A DNA stretch of 64,000 nt from an uncultured Gammaproteobacteria bacterium. GTDB taxonomy: Bacteria; Patescibacteriota; Patescibacteriia; VMEV01; CAYQCH01. Where the stretch lies: contig CAZDCG010000002.1 of NCBI GenBank assembly GCA_964503955.1, positions 13,047 to 77,046 on the forward strand, in the 5' to 3' direction. Numbering within the stretch: position 1 is the first letter of the stretch; every line of letters starts with the position of its first letter. The translations under genes were made by a program, and so were the position numbers. Shown piece after piece: positions 18,327 through 29,120 of this stretch. The notes under the pieces are model-generated. The model saw only the letters and a program-made list of their open reading frames with translations, was not told where the DNA came from and did no database searches.

Positions 18327-19091
18327 ATGGATGTCCATTTGGCAGCACAAACCTTGTTTACCATCGCCGGTTTTCCTGTGACAAACGCCTTTTTGGCTGT
18401 GCTTGGCATCAGCGTTCTTTTGATTGTCTTCATGTGGCGCGCGACGCGAAAAATGAACGATGTGCCTAAAGGAGCGCAGTTTTGGGGCGAGATTTTGGTC
18501 ATGGAAGGGCTGGATTTTATGACAAGCATTACTGGAACCAGGGAGCGCGCCAAGAAAATGTTGCCGTTTATCGTCACCATGTTTCTTGTTTTCTTGCTGG
18601 CCAATTACCTTGCTTTCCTGCCGGGCATCGGCGCGTTGACCTACAACGGCATTCCGGTCTATCGCACAGCCACTTCTGATTACGCTTTCGTCTTTACCAT
18701 GGCGGTCCTATCAGTGATTATCATGCAGATTATCACCATTGCTACGGGAAGCCTGAAAGTCTATATCACAAAGTACTTGAATGTTTCAGGGCCATGGTCG
18801 ATGAAACCGATCAATTTGTTCTTGGGGTTGATGGACATCGTCAGCGAATTTGCGAAAATCATTTCGCTTTCGTTTCGTCTTTTCGGCAATATCTTTGCGG
18901 GTGAAGTGCTTGGCGCGGTGGTAGCGGGGTTGCTGCCTGTGATCCTCCCAATTCCGTTTGCTTTGCTTGGAACGCTAACTGCGCTTATTCAGGCAACGGT
19001 TTTCTCGATTCTCGTGCTGATTTTTATGAATATGAGCGTTGTGGAGCAGCAGATCGCGCAAGAGTACGAGAAAACGTCGTCCCGCGAATGA
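18327..19091 (+). CDS. atpB: ATP synthase subunit a
   Basis: RTATSD, SLSFRLFGNIFAGE, IQATVF. Confidence 0.96.
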   Translation: MDVHLAAQTLFTIAGFPVTNAFLAVLGISVLLIVFMWRATRKMNDVPKGAQFWGEILVMEGLDFMTSITGTRERAKKMLPFIVTMFLVFLLANYLAFLPGIGALTYNGIPVYRTATSDYAFVFTMAVLSVIIMQIITIATGSLKVYITKYLNVSGPWSMKPINLFLGLMDIVSEFAKIISLSFRLFGNIFAGEVLGAVVAGLLPVILPIPFALLGTLTALIQATVFSILVLIFMNMSVVEQQIAQEYEKTSSRE

Positions 19092-19158
19092 GGGAGGGGA
19101 TGCTGAGGGGAAAATATTCTCCTCCGAATCCTTTATCCTTATTCTTAACCACTACGAT

Positions 19159-19389
19159 ATGGATATTGAAGCAGCAAAATTCATCGCAGCTGGCTTTGCC
19201 GCCGGTGTCGGTGTTTTGGGTTCAGCGCTTGGTGAAGGGTACATTGCAGCCAAAGCCATGGAAGCAATGGGACGCAACCCTGAAGCGGGAGGAACCATTT
19301 TTACCCGTATGATTGTCGCGATGGCGATCACCGAATCATCTGCGATTTACGCGGTTGTCGTGGCGCTTGTTCTTCTCTTCGTTGTCTAG
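19159..19389 (+). CDS. atpE: ATP synthase subunit c (Na+-type signature)
   Basis: GEGY...GRNPEA...TESSAIY. Confidence 0.97.
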   Translation: MDIEAAKFIAAGFAAGVGVLGSALGEGYIAAKAMEAMGRNPEAGGTIFTRMIVAMAITESSAIYAVVVALVLLFVV

Positions 19390-19399
19390 TCTTTAGCGT

Positions 19400-19894
19400 A
19401 TGCAATTCTTCCAGGCATTTGGAATTGATTGGAAAATCGTTTTAGCGCAGTTGCTGAACTTCGGCATTCTGATGTTCATCTTGTACAAAATAGGCTATAA
19501 GCCATTGATGAAATTTGTCGAGGAACGAACGAACCGGATCGAAGAGGGCGTAAAGAATGCAGAACGTGCTCAGGCTGCGCTGGCAAATGCCAAAGCGGAG
19601 CAGGAGCAGATTCTGGCTGAAGCACGAAAAGAAGCGGTAGCCATTATTGAATCTGCTCGCCAGAAAGCGACGGAACAGGGAGACGCGCTGATTGCCAAGG
19701 CAAAGCAGGAAGTCGGTGCTGTCGTGGTGCAGGGCAAGAAGGCGATCGAAACCGAGCGTCAGAAAATGCTTGATGAAGTGAAGAGAGACGTGGTCGAAAT
19801 GGTCATGCAAAGCACGGAAAAAGTGCTTTCCGGAGCTATCGATGACCAGGTAGATGCTTCCTGGCTGAAAAAGCAGCTCGCTAAAGTGAAGTAA
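19400..19894 (+). CDS. atpF: ATP synthase subunit b
   Basis: GIDW..LAQLLNF, YKPLMKFVEER, coiled coil. Confidence 0.95.
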   Translation: MQFFQAFGIDWKIVLAQLLNFGILMFILYKIGYKPLMKFVEERTNRIEEGVKNAERAQAALANAKAEQEQILAEARKEAVAIIESARQKATEQGDALIAKAKQEVGAVVVQGKKAIETERQKMLDEVKRDVVEMVMQSTEKVLSGAIDDQVDASWLKKQLAKVK

Positions 19895-19895
19895 T

Positions 19896-20285
19896 ATGCG
19901 CATCACTCCTCAACAATACGCTCAGGCTTGGTACGACGCTCTCAAAGCGACGGACGAGCAGCAATGGCCGGCAATTTCGCAGGCCATGCTTTCCCGTTTG
20001 CAGAGAGAAGGCAATCTTTCTCGTCTTGGCCAGATTCGCCAATATGTGGAAGAGCTTGAGCGCGAGGAACAGGGAGTGGTCAAAGTAACGGTCAAAACCG
20101 CCCATGACCTAGATAAGCAGGTAATCAGTGATCTGGTAAAACAGCTGCTTGCGGCTGAGGTGGAACTTGATATCCGCGAAGAAAAAGACCTGCTCGGCGG
20201 CGTGATTGTGGAAACGGCCGACCGCCGTTGGGATCTTTCCGCCCGCGGACAGCTTAACCAGCTTAAGCAACAATTAACCAGCTGA
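19896..20285 (+). CDS. atpH: ATP synthase subunit delta (short form)
   Basis: [23 protein letters not shown]; operon position. Confidence 0.9.
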   Translation: MRITPQQYAQAWYDALKATDEQQWPAISQAMLSRLQREGNLSRLGQIRQYVEELEREEQGVVKVTVKTAHDLDKQVISDLVKQLLAAEVELDIREEKDLLGGVIVETADRRWDLSARGQLNQLKQQLTS

Positions 20286-20307
20286 TTCCATTTCATTGAG
20301 GAACGAT

Positions 20308-21828
20308 ATGAAAAATCCGATTGTTGAACACTTAAAAGAACAAATCAGCGATTTCAAATCAAAGATCGCGACAGAAAAAATCGGCAATGTTGTCGAGGTT
20401 GGAGACGGCATCGCGCTTGCGACCGGTCTTGCCGACGCGAAGGCATCTGAAATTCTTGAATTTGAGAACGGCGCGCGCGGGATCGCGCTTAACCTTGAAG
20501 AAGGCCTTGTCGGTATTATCGTCATGGGTGACTACACGGGTATCCGCGAAGGCATGACCGTGAAGGGAACCGGACGCATTCTTGAAGTGCCGGTTGGCCA
20601 AAAAGTGATCGGCCGCGTGGTAGACGCCATGGGAATGCCAAAAGACGGCAAAGGTGAAATCAAGTCGGAGGCGTTTTATCCTGTTGAAAAAATCGCGCCG
20701 GGCGTGATGACCCGTAAATCCGTTCACCAGCCCGTGCAGACCGGTATCAAGGCGATCGACGCCATGATTCCTGTTGGACGCGGCCAGCGCGAATTGATTA
20801 TTGGCGACCGCCAGACCGGTAAAACCGCCATCGCCATCGACACCATTTTGAATCAGAAAGGCCAGGACATGGTTTGTATCTATGTCGCGATCGGCCAGAA
20901 AGAAAGCAAAGTTGCGCAAATCGTGCAGCGCCTTGAAGAAGCCGGTGCCATGGACTACACCGTTATCGTGGCGGCCGGCGCGGCTGAATCCGCTACAATG
21001 AGTTATTTGGCTCCGTATACCGGCTGCGCGATTGGAGAATACTTCATGGACAAAGGCAAAGACGCGCTGATCATTTACGATGATCTTTCAAAGCACGCGG
21101 TTGCGTATCGCCAGATTTCCTTGCTGCTTCGCCGTCCGCCGGGGCGTGAAGCGTATCCTGGAGACGTGTTCTACCTGCATTCACGTCTGCTTGAACGCGC
21201 CGCCAAGCTCAATGAAAACTATGGGGGAGGCTCATTAACCGCCTTGCCGATCATTGAAACGCAGGCTGGCGACGTATCTGCTTATATTCCAACCAATGTG
21301 ATTTCGATCACGGACGGACAGATTTACCTTGAAACGGATCTCTTCAACAAAGGCATCCGTCCGGCCGTAAACGTCGGTTTGTCGGTTTCCCGCGTGGGAG
21401 GTGCCGCGCAGATCAAAGCAATGAAGAAAGTCGCTGGAAAAATCCGCTTGTCATTGGCGCAATTCCGCGAACTTGAAGCCTTCGCGCAATTCGGTTCTGA
21501 TCTTGATGACACCACCAAGAAACAGCTTGAGCTTGGATACCGCATGGTGGAATTGCTCAAGCAGGAGCAGTACCGCCCGGTTGCCGTTGAAGCCCAGGTG
21601 GTGCAGATCTACGCGGGTATCAATGGATTGCTTGATGATATCAAGGTGGAAAAAATCAAGGCATTCGCGCAGGGGCTTGTTGAATACGTGCAGCAATCAG
21701 CAGGCGAGCTCTTCGAAAAAATCCGCAAGGATAAAGAATTCGACGAAGCCTGGGAAGAGAAGCTGAAAAAGGCAATCGCGGATTATAAATCTACTCTTGC
21801 GCCAGAATGGTTTGTTGAACAGAACTAA
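20308..21828 (+). CDS. atpA: ATP synthase subunit alpha
   Basis: [30 protein letters not shown]. Confidence 0.99.
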   Translation: MKNPIVEHLKEQISDFKSKIATEKIGNVVEVGDGIALATGLADAKASEILEFENGARGIALNLEEGLVGIIVMGDYTGIREGMTVKGTGRILEVPVGQKVIGRVVDAMGMPKDGKGEIKSEAFYPVEKIAPGVMTRKSVHQPVQTGIKAIDAMIPVGRGQRELIIGDRQTGKTAIAIDTILNQKGQDMVCIYVAIGQKESKVAQIVQRLEEAGAMDYTVIVAAGAAESATMSYLAPYTGCAIGEYFMDKGKDALIIYDDLSKHAVAYRQISLLLRRPPGREAYPGDVFYLHSRLLERAAKLNENYGGGSLTALPIIETQAGDVSAYIPTNVISITDGQIYLETDLFNKGIRPAVNVGLSVSRVGGAAQIKAMKKVAGKIRLSLAQFRELEAFAQFGSDLDDTTKKQLELGYRMVELLKQEQYRPVAVEAQVVQIYAGINGLLDDIKVEKIKAFAQGLVEYVQQSAGELFEKIRKDKEFDEAWEEKLKKAIADYKSTLAPEWFVEQN

Positions 21829-21834
21829 GTATCT

Positions 21835-22761
21835 ATGCCGGCCAATACCAAACAAATTAAAGCCCGCATCAAGTCGGTAAAAAATACCAGAAAAGTGACG
21901 AAAGCCATGGAGCTGGTTGCTGCCGCGAAAATGCGCCGAGCCGTTGAATACGCGATCTCCACAAGAACCTATTCACGTTTGGTTTGGGAATTGGCCGAGC
22001 GTCTGTCGCAAAGTAAATCCATCCAGCCGGAGGATTATCTTCATAATTTTTTCCGGGTGCCGGAACATCCGCAAAAAGCGATTCTCGTTGTGTTCGCTTC
22101 CAATCGAGGGTTATGCGGCGCGTACAATTCCAATATGGTCAAAAAGGTGATCGCTTTCGTAAAGGAACGCGGCGAAGACAATGTTGAAATTATCGCGGTC
22201 GGGAAAAAAGTTGTCGCTCCGCTTAGCATGTTCGGCTTGAACGTGCATATGGCCTACGAGAAGAAAGATTCCGCCCGCAATGCAACATCGGTGGTGAATA
22301 TTGCCAACTATGTTTATGAATCGTTTAAAGCAGGCAAGGTGGACCAGGTGCTGATCGCGTATAACCAGTACGTTTCATCCCTGATCCAGGAGCCGGTGAT
22401 CCGCCCGCTCTTTCCATTTCAGAAGGAAGAAAGCACGATGGCTGGGGTGGAGGAACTTGCTGCCAAGCAGAATGTGGTCAATGGAAACGGCGGATTTGTG
22501 GAAACGGACTACCTGCATGAACCTTCCAAGCGCGACGTGCTTTCACACCTTGTCCCTCGTTTGGGAGAAGTACAGCTCTTTCAGGCGCTGCTTGAAAGCA
22601 ATGCGTCTGAGCATAGCGCGCGCATGCTCGCCATGAAAAATGCCAGCGACGCGGCAGGGGAAATGGTCGGTGATTTGACCTTGCTGTATAACCGCGCCCG
22701 TCAGGCGGCGATTACGCAGGAAATCGCAGAAATCTCAGCGGGAATGGCCGCAGTTACTTAA
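21835..22761 (+). CDS. atpG: ATP synthase subunit gamma
   Basis: KVTKAMELVAAAK, RGLCGAYN, RQAAITQEIAEI. Confidence 0.98.
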   Translation: MPANTKQIKARIKSVKNTRKVTKAMELVAAAKMRRAVEYAISTRTYSRLVWELAERLSQSKSIQPEDYLHNFFRVPEHPQKAILVVFASNRGLCGAYNSNMVKKVIAFVKERGEDNVEIIAVGKKVVAPLSMFGLNVHMAYEKKDSARNATSVVNIANYVYESFKAGKVDQVLIAYNQYVSSLIQEPVIRPLFPFQKEESTMAGVEELAAKQNVVNGNGGFVETDYLHEPSKRDVLSHLVPRLGEVQLFQALLESNASEHSARMLAMKNASDAAGEMVGDLTLLYNRARQAAITQEIAEISAGMAAVT

Positions 22762-22772
22762 TCAATTAACCT

Positions 22773-24219
<1,447 letters not shown>

Positions 24220-24223
24220 TTCT

Positions 24224-24643
24224 ATGGCCGACAAAGCCTCAATGCATTTGAAAGTTGTTTCACCTGAGCGCGTTTTGTTCCAAGACGATGTGCAGGAATT
24301 GGTGATTGATACCAAAAACGGCCAGATTACGGTGTTGCCGCATCATTTGGCCATGATCACGGTTCTGCGCGCGGGCCAGGCGCTTATCCGCAAAGACGGG
24401 CAGGAAACTCCGCTCGTGCTTTCCGGCGGCCTGCTTGAGGTGGCTGAAAACAAGGTCATTGTGCTGGCCGACACGGCTGAGCATATCAGCGAGCTTGATC
24501 TTGAGCGCGCGCAGCGAGCGGTTGAACTGGCGAAGAAATTGCTGTCTGAAAAGAAATACGATCTGAGCGAATACGAAACCCTGCTTGCGAATCTGGAAAA
24601 GCACGAAGCACGCGTCAGCGCGTTTACGAAGTGGAGAAAGTAG
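24224..24643 (+). CDS. atpC: ATP synthase subunit epsilon
   Basis: VVSPERVLF, GQITVLPHH, SGGLLEV, LADTAE. Confidence 0.95.
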   Translation: MADKASMHLKVVSPERVLFQDDVQELVIDTKNGQITVLPHHLAMITVLRAGQALIRKDGQETPLVLSGGLLEVAENKVIVLADTAEHISELDLERAQRAVELAKKLLSEKKYDLSEYETLLANLEKHEARVSAFTKWRK

Positions 24644-24804
24644 GTTAGGTTGTAGTTTTTAGGTGTTAGGTTTTAGTAATCGCGTTCATTTGACTTTGTA
24701 TTCTACAACCTGATTCAATAAAAAGACGGCTTCATTGAAAGCCGTTTTTTGCGTTTAACGGAAATGTACTACAACCTACCAACTACCCACTACATCCTCA
24801 TCTA
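24641..24804. repeat. Heptamer-period arms (TAGxxxx / CTAxxxx) bracketing a terminator
   Basis: TAGGTTG TAGTTTT TAGGTGT TAGGTTT TAG ... CTACAAC CTACCAA CTACCCA CTACATC. Confidence 0.65.
24720..24750. terminator. Bidirectional intrinsic terminator
   Basis: AAAAAGACGGCTT-CATTGA-AAGCCGTTTTTT between convergent atpC and pth. Confidence 0.85.
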
Positions 24805-25368
24805 ATGAAACCTATTCATGCATGTTTGCGCGTCTTCTGAAATCAAACAAGCAATGGCTTCTGCAATGCGCGGGAGCCATTTTTTGATGCGTCCGCGTTC
24901 AAGCAACCCAAACGGTTCTAAGACAAATTTATCGGCCGCGACACGATCGCGCTTTCCCGTTCGCACACCAAGTTTGAGGCGGGTGAACTCTTTGGTTCCA
25001 ATCGACTGGATCACGGATTGCACTCCGTTATGGCCTCCGGCGCCGCCTTCCATAGCAATCCGCATTTTGCAAAATGCCAAATCAATGTCGTCATAGACAA
25101 CAATAAGATCAGCAGGGGAGAGCTTATAATAAACAAGAATCTTTTGCACGGATCTCCCGGATTCATTCATGTACGTCTGCGGCTTGGCAAGCATGATTTT
25201 GTTGCCATCGAAATGAACCGACGTGGTTTCTGCCTCTAGCGAAGCGTCCGTTTTCCACTCCGGTGCGTGTTGCGCCTGAGCGAACGCGTCCAGGCTCATA
25301 AAACCCAGATTATGCCGTGAGCGGGCATAAGCTTTGCCCGGATTTCCCAGGCCGACAATGACCTTCAT
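24802..25368 (-). CDS. pth: Peptidyl-tRNA hydrolase
   Basis: VGLGNPG, RHNLG, KPQTYMNESG, GGHNG. Confidence 0.97.
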   Translation of the reverse strand: MKVIVGLGNPGKAYARSRHNLGFMSLDAFAQAQHAPEWKTDASLEAETTSVHFDGNKIMLAKPQTYMNESGRSVQKILVYYKLSPADLIVVYDDIDLAFCKMRIAMEGGAGGHNGVQSVIQSIGTKEFTRLKLGVRTGKRDRVAADKFVLEPFGLLERGRIKKWLPRIAEAIACLISEDAQTCMNRFH

Positions 25369-25379
25369 AGAAAAGACGT

Positions 25380-26729
25380 TTAAGTCGTTTGCGTGGCCCG
25401 CACATAGACGCGCACAGGCGTACCGGTGAATTCGAACTTTTCACGCAGCATTTTTTCCATGAACCGCACCCACGATTCAGCCAATGTGTCCTGATTCTGA
25501 ATGACAAGCTCAAAGGTGGGCGGCGCGGTATCAACCTGCTTAAGCGCATGCACGTAAGGGGCCTCGGGTCCCTTTTTCTTTTGCGGGCGGCGGCGCGCGA
25601 CGGCTTGTTTGAGCAGGCGGTCAAGCGCGCTTTGCGGTAATTCTCTGTAGCGGTTTTCATGCAGCTGCAAAACGGTTTTCAGCAAACGTTGCACATGCCA
25701 GCCGGTCAGCGCGCTGACGGGGATAATGGGAATCCAATGATAACCGCCCATGGAACGCAGCCAGCGTTCCTCAAATTCCTGATGGCGGTCTTCTCCTTCA
25801 AGCAAATCCCATTTATTGGCGGCAATAATCACGGACGCGCCGGATTTAATGATGGTGGAAAGAATATACCGTTCCTGCTCGCCCCAGGTATCTTGCGTGG
25901 CATCAATCACCAGAACAACCCATTCAGAGGCTTCAATGGCTTTATGGCTGAAATCCGCGCTCTTTTTTTGCAGCAATCCTCGCATCTTGCGCGCTTTACG
26001 GATACCGGCCGTATCAACAAGCGTGAAATCCCTTCCTTCAAACTGCAATTGCGTGTCGCGGGATTCGCGCGTGGTATGCGCCTGTTCGCTGACAATCACC
26101 TCCTCTCGTCCGAGCAGGGCATTGACAAGCGATGATTTGCCCATATTCGGCAACCCGGCAAAGGTAACGGAAATAGAGTCGTCCGGAGTTGCTTTCTTCG
26201 CCTTGCGGACCGCTTTCTTGGTGAGACTCTTTTTGAGTTTCAGCTCTTTGCTAAGCTCGTCTAAAAAGTCGGCTGTTCCTGTGCCATTTGCCGCGGAAAG
26301 AAAGTGGACATACTTGCTGAGCTTATGAAATTCCGTTGCTGCATTGCGGAGAGAAGGGGAGTCGGATTTATTCACGATAATGCCAAAGGGAATACCATTC
26401 TCGCGCAGTGCTTTGGCGATTTTCAAGTCGCCCGGGACAACACCGTCCTTTGCGTCGGTGACCAGGTAGACCTTGTTGGCGTCTTTCATGAATTTCCAGG
26501 CCTGTTCGATCACGCGCGCTTCGATGTCGTCCGGATGAGATAAATCAATACCGCCGGTATCGATCAGCTGAAAGCTTTTTGCTTCCCATTCCACCATCCC
26601 TTTATTGAAATCGCGCGTGGTGCCTGCAATCGGAGAAACCAAAGCCTGCTTACGTTCCGTAAGGCGGTTAAAGAGGCTTGATTTTCCGACATTCGTGCGT
26701 CCCACAAGGACGACGGAGGGAAGCGGCAT
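25380..26729 (-). CDS. der: Ribosome biogenesis GTPase Der (EngA)
   Basis: Two G domains (GRTNVGKS/DTGG/NKSD and GLPNMGKS/DTAG/NKWD) followed by a KH-like domain. Confidence 0.96.
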   Translation of the reverse strand: MPLPSVVLVGRTNVGKSSLFNRLTERKQALVSPIAGTTRDFNKGMVEWEAKSFQLIDTGGIDLSHPDDIEARVIEQAWKFMKDANKVYLVTDAKDGVVPGDLKIAKALRENGIPFGIIVNKSDSPSLRNAATEFHKLSKYVHFLSAANGTGTADFLDELSKELKLKKSLTKKAVRKAKKATPDDSISVTFAGLPNMGKSSLVNALLGREEVIVSEQAHTTRESRDTQLQFEGRDFTLVDTAGIRKARKMRGLLQKKSADFSHKAIEASEWVVLVIDATQDTWGEQERYILSTIIKSGASVIIAANKWDLLEGEDRHQEFEERWLRSMGGYHWIPIIPVSALTGWHVQRLLKTVLQLHENRYRELPQSALDRLLKQAVARRRPQKKKGPEAPYVHALKQVDTAPPTFELVIQNQDTLAESWVRFMEKMLREKFEFTGTPVRVYVRATQTT

Positions 26730-26735
26730 AAGATG

Positions 26736-26814
26736 AGTGATAGCAATGGATAAAGAGTAGGTAGAGGGTAGGCTACAGTCCCTCTTACTATACCTATTGC
26801 TCTAGCTATTCCTA
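26736..26814. repeat. Degenerate TAG/CTA palindromic repeat
   Basis: GATAGCAATGGATAAAGAGTAGGTAGAGGGTAGG ... CCTCTTACTATACCTATTGCTCTAGCTATTCCTA. Confidence 0.5.
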
Positions 26815-28293
26815 ATAAGCAGTGTCGAGTCCAAGAATAATGAGGATATCTGCCTCAGTCGTCAAGCCCAGGGGGATTTGAGCCGTGATGTTATCCGTAT
26901 AGTTTCCAGCCAGAAAATCGATCGTTCTTGGGTATTTTCCGTTGGAAAAATCGTAAACAACCGTCTGTTCATAATCCTGTTCTTTGGCATTTGAGATAGC
27001 GATTACGTCGTATCCAAGCTCAGCCAGCTTTTCCTGGTTAGCCCTCGCCAGGCCGTTGACGAATGTTCCGTTTCTGATTTCTATTGTGGCGGTTTCCTCG
27101 GTTTCAACCGGATTTGGCAAGGTAACGCGCGGCAAGCCGGACGGATTGCTTGGAAGCTCAAAGGTTTTTTCCGGTGAAAACAAATTGGCCGCCATGAATT
27201 TCAACTCGCTGAAGTCTTCCACGCGGGGTTCAAGCACAAAGGCTCCTCCATAATTTGCCGCGCGCAATGGCCCGTCAGCGCTATTATCAAGCACCGTATG
27301 AATAATGTGCGGCGGATTTTCCTGTTCCTTGTAATCACGGGCAAGTTTTGCAAAGGCAACCATTTCATCTAGGGAGAGATTCGTATCGATATTTTCGTCA
27401 ACATTCTCGATGATTTTTTTAATCCGGCTCGGACGCAAAAGCGTGTTGAAAGAGACCAGTTTATCCGTAAGCGCGTTTATCACGATCTGCTGGCGGCTTG
27501 CGCGCGCGAAGTCCGAACCCTCTTCTCCAAGCGCATGGCGGGAGCGGACATACTTGAGCGCGGTGGAGCCGTCAAAATGCTGGGGGCCGGCTTCAACGTA
27601 CAGATGCTCGTATCGCTGATCTTCCGGATAATCCTCGCGTCCGGGAATTGGATACTTGTAATCAGAGAGCGTGCGAGGCACCTCAACGTCAACGCCGCCG
27701 ACCAGGTCAACAAGCTCTTCAAATCCGCTGAAGTCGATGCGCATGTAATACGGGATCTTCAAGCCGAAAATCTGGCTGATGATTTGCTTGGCATAATCTC
27801 CGCCGGTACCGCGGTCATTGGCTTCAGCAAGCGCGTAGAGATTATTGATCTTGCGCCAGCCGTAACCAGGAATCGGGATCAGCAGGTCGCGGGGGATTGA
27901 AAGCAATGCGGCTTGGTTGGTCGAAGGCTTGTAGCTGGCAATCATGATGGTGTCGGTCAGGTTGGCTCCATCATGTCCTTTGCCGCCGATACCCATCAGT
28001 AAAACATTCACCCGGTCTTCATCCATGCCGCTCAAAACATCCTGGGCATCGCTTGTAAAGGCGGACAGGGTATCGCCGAATCCAAACTTCGGTTTGATAT
28101 AACGCTCGGACGCGTCCACCAGCTGCGACCACACCGACGCGGAATCATCACTAACAATGGACGATTGGATGGTCAGGCTTAAGACAAAGAGGGCGCAGAA
28201 GAGCACAAGATAAAAAAAATAGCGCCATCTTGAGCGTCTTCGCTTCGCCGGTGCCTGTGGCTTGACAGAATCTGCAGAATAGTCTGAGTGCAT
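26812..28293 (-). CDS. LCP (LytR-CpsA-Psr) glycopolymer transferase with LytR_C domain
   Basis: TM helix, NVLLMG..TDTIM, SIPRDL, KIN, YVRSR, SDFARASRQQ, and C-terminal IRNGT..GLA. Confidence 0.93.
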   Translation of the reverse strand: MHSDYSADSVKPQAPAKRRRSRWRYFFYLVLFCALFVLSLTIQSSIVSDDSASVWSQLVDASERYIKPKFGFGDTLSAFTSDAQDVLSGMDEDRVNVLLMGIGGKGHDGANLTDTIMIASYKPSTNQAALLSIPRDLLIPIPGYGWRKINNLYALAEANDRGTGGDYAKQIISQIFGLKIPYYMRIDFSGFEELVDLVGGVDVEVPRTLSDYKYPIPGREDYPEDQRYEHLYVEAGPQHFDGSTALKYVRSRHALGEEGSDFARASRQQIVINALTDKLVSFNTLLRPSRIKKIIENVDENIDTNLSLDEMVAFAKLARDYKEQENPPHIIHTVLDNSADGPLRAANYGGAFVLEPRVEDFSELKFMAANLFSPEKTFELPSNPSGLPRVTLPNPVETEETATIEIRNGTFVNGLARANQEKLAELGYDVIAISNAKEQDYEQTVVYDFSNGKYPRTIDFLAGNYTDNITAQIPLGLTTEADILIILGLDTAY

Positions 28294-28477
28294 GCGGTTG
28301 GAAAAGAATTGGGGCGATGATCGAACCGATCAGCGCATAAGAAAAAGTCATGATAGGTCCATTATATGCGGTTCATCCGAGCTTGCCAAGCGGAAAAAAG
28401 GCGGCAATTTTTTTGTTTGAAAAATGCTTTATTCCATGGTATAGTTAGCCAATCATAACTGTTCATCTTTCTTTCGC

Positions 28478-29107
28478 ATGTCGGAAAATAAGGAACAGAG
28501 CACCGGCTCTGCTTTACCTGAGTTTACTCCGCAAGAGGTTGAATCCGGAGGCTCCATCAAAGACTTCTTTGTGGAATTGCTGCAGGTCATCATCATCGCG
28601 CTGGCGATCATTATCCCGGTTCGTTATTTTTTTATCACGCCTTTCTACGTGAAAGGAGCTTCCATGGTGCCAACCTTCCATGAGAGCGAGTATCTTGTCG
28701 TGGACGAGATCAGCTATCGATTCAAAGAACCGGTGAGGGGAGAAGTAATCGTCTTTCGCTATCCGCGCAATGAGAAGGAATTTTTTATCAAGCGCATTAT
28801 CGGCCTGCCTGGCGAGACCGTCCAAATTACAGGCAATAAGGTCTATATCAATGGCGAAGAGCTAAGCGAGCCGTATCTTGATTCGGAAACGAAAACCACG
28901 GGAGAAATTGTGGTTACGCTTCAGACGGACGAATTCTTTGTCCTTGGTGACAATCGCAGCTTCAGCCTCGACTCCCGCGCATTTGGTCCGCTCAAGGAAC
29001 GGTATATCGTCGGCCGGACCTGGATCCGCGGCTGGCCGTTTGACAAGATCATGATTTTTGAACCGCCTCAGTACGAATTGCCTTCACAGGTGGATTCGCA
29101 ATCTTAA
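28478..29107 (+). CDS. lepB: Signal peptidase I
   Basis: GASMVPT, FIKRIIGLPG, GDNR..SLDSR.FG. Confidence 0.96.
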   Translation: MSENKEQSTGSALPEFTPQEVESGGSIKDFFVELLQVIIIALAIIIPVRYFFITPFYVKGASMVPTFHESEYLVVDEISYRFKEPVRGEVIVFRYPRNEKEFFIKRIIGLPGETVQITGNKVYINGEELSEPYLDSETKTTGEIVVTLQTDEFFVLGDNRSFSLDSRAFGPLKERYIVGRTWIRGWPFDKIMIFEPPQYELPSQVDSQS

Positions 29108-29120
29108 CGTTTGTTTCTCT

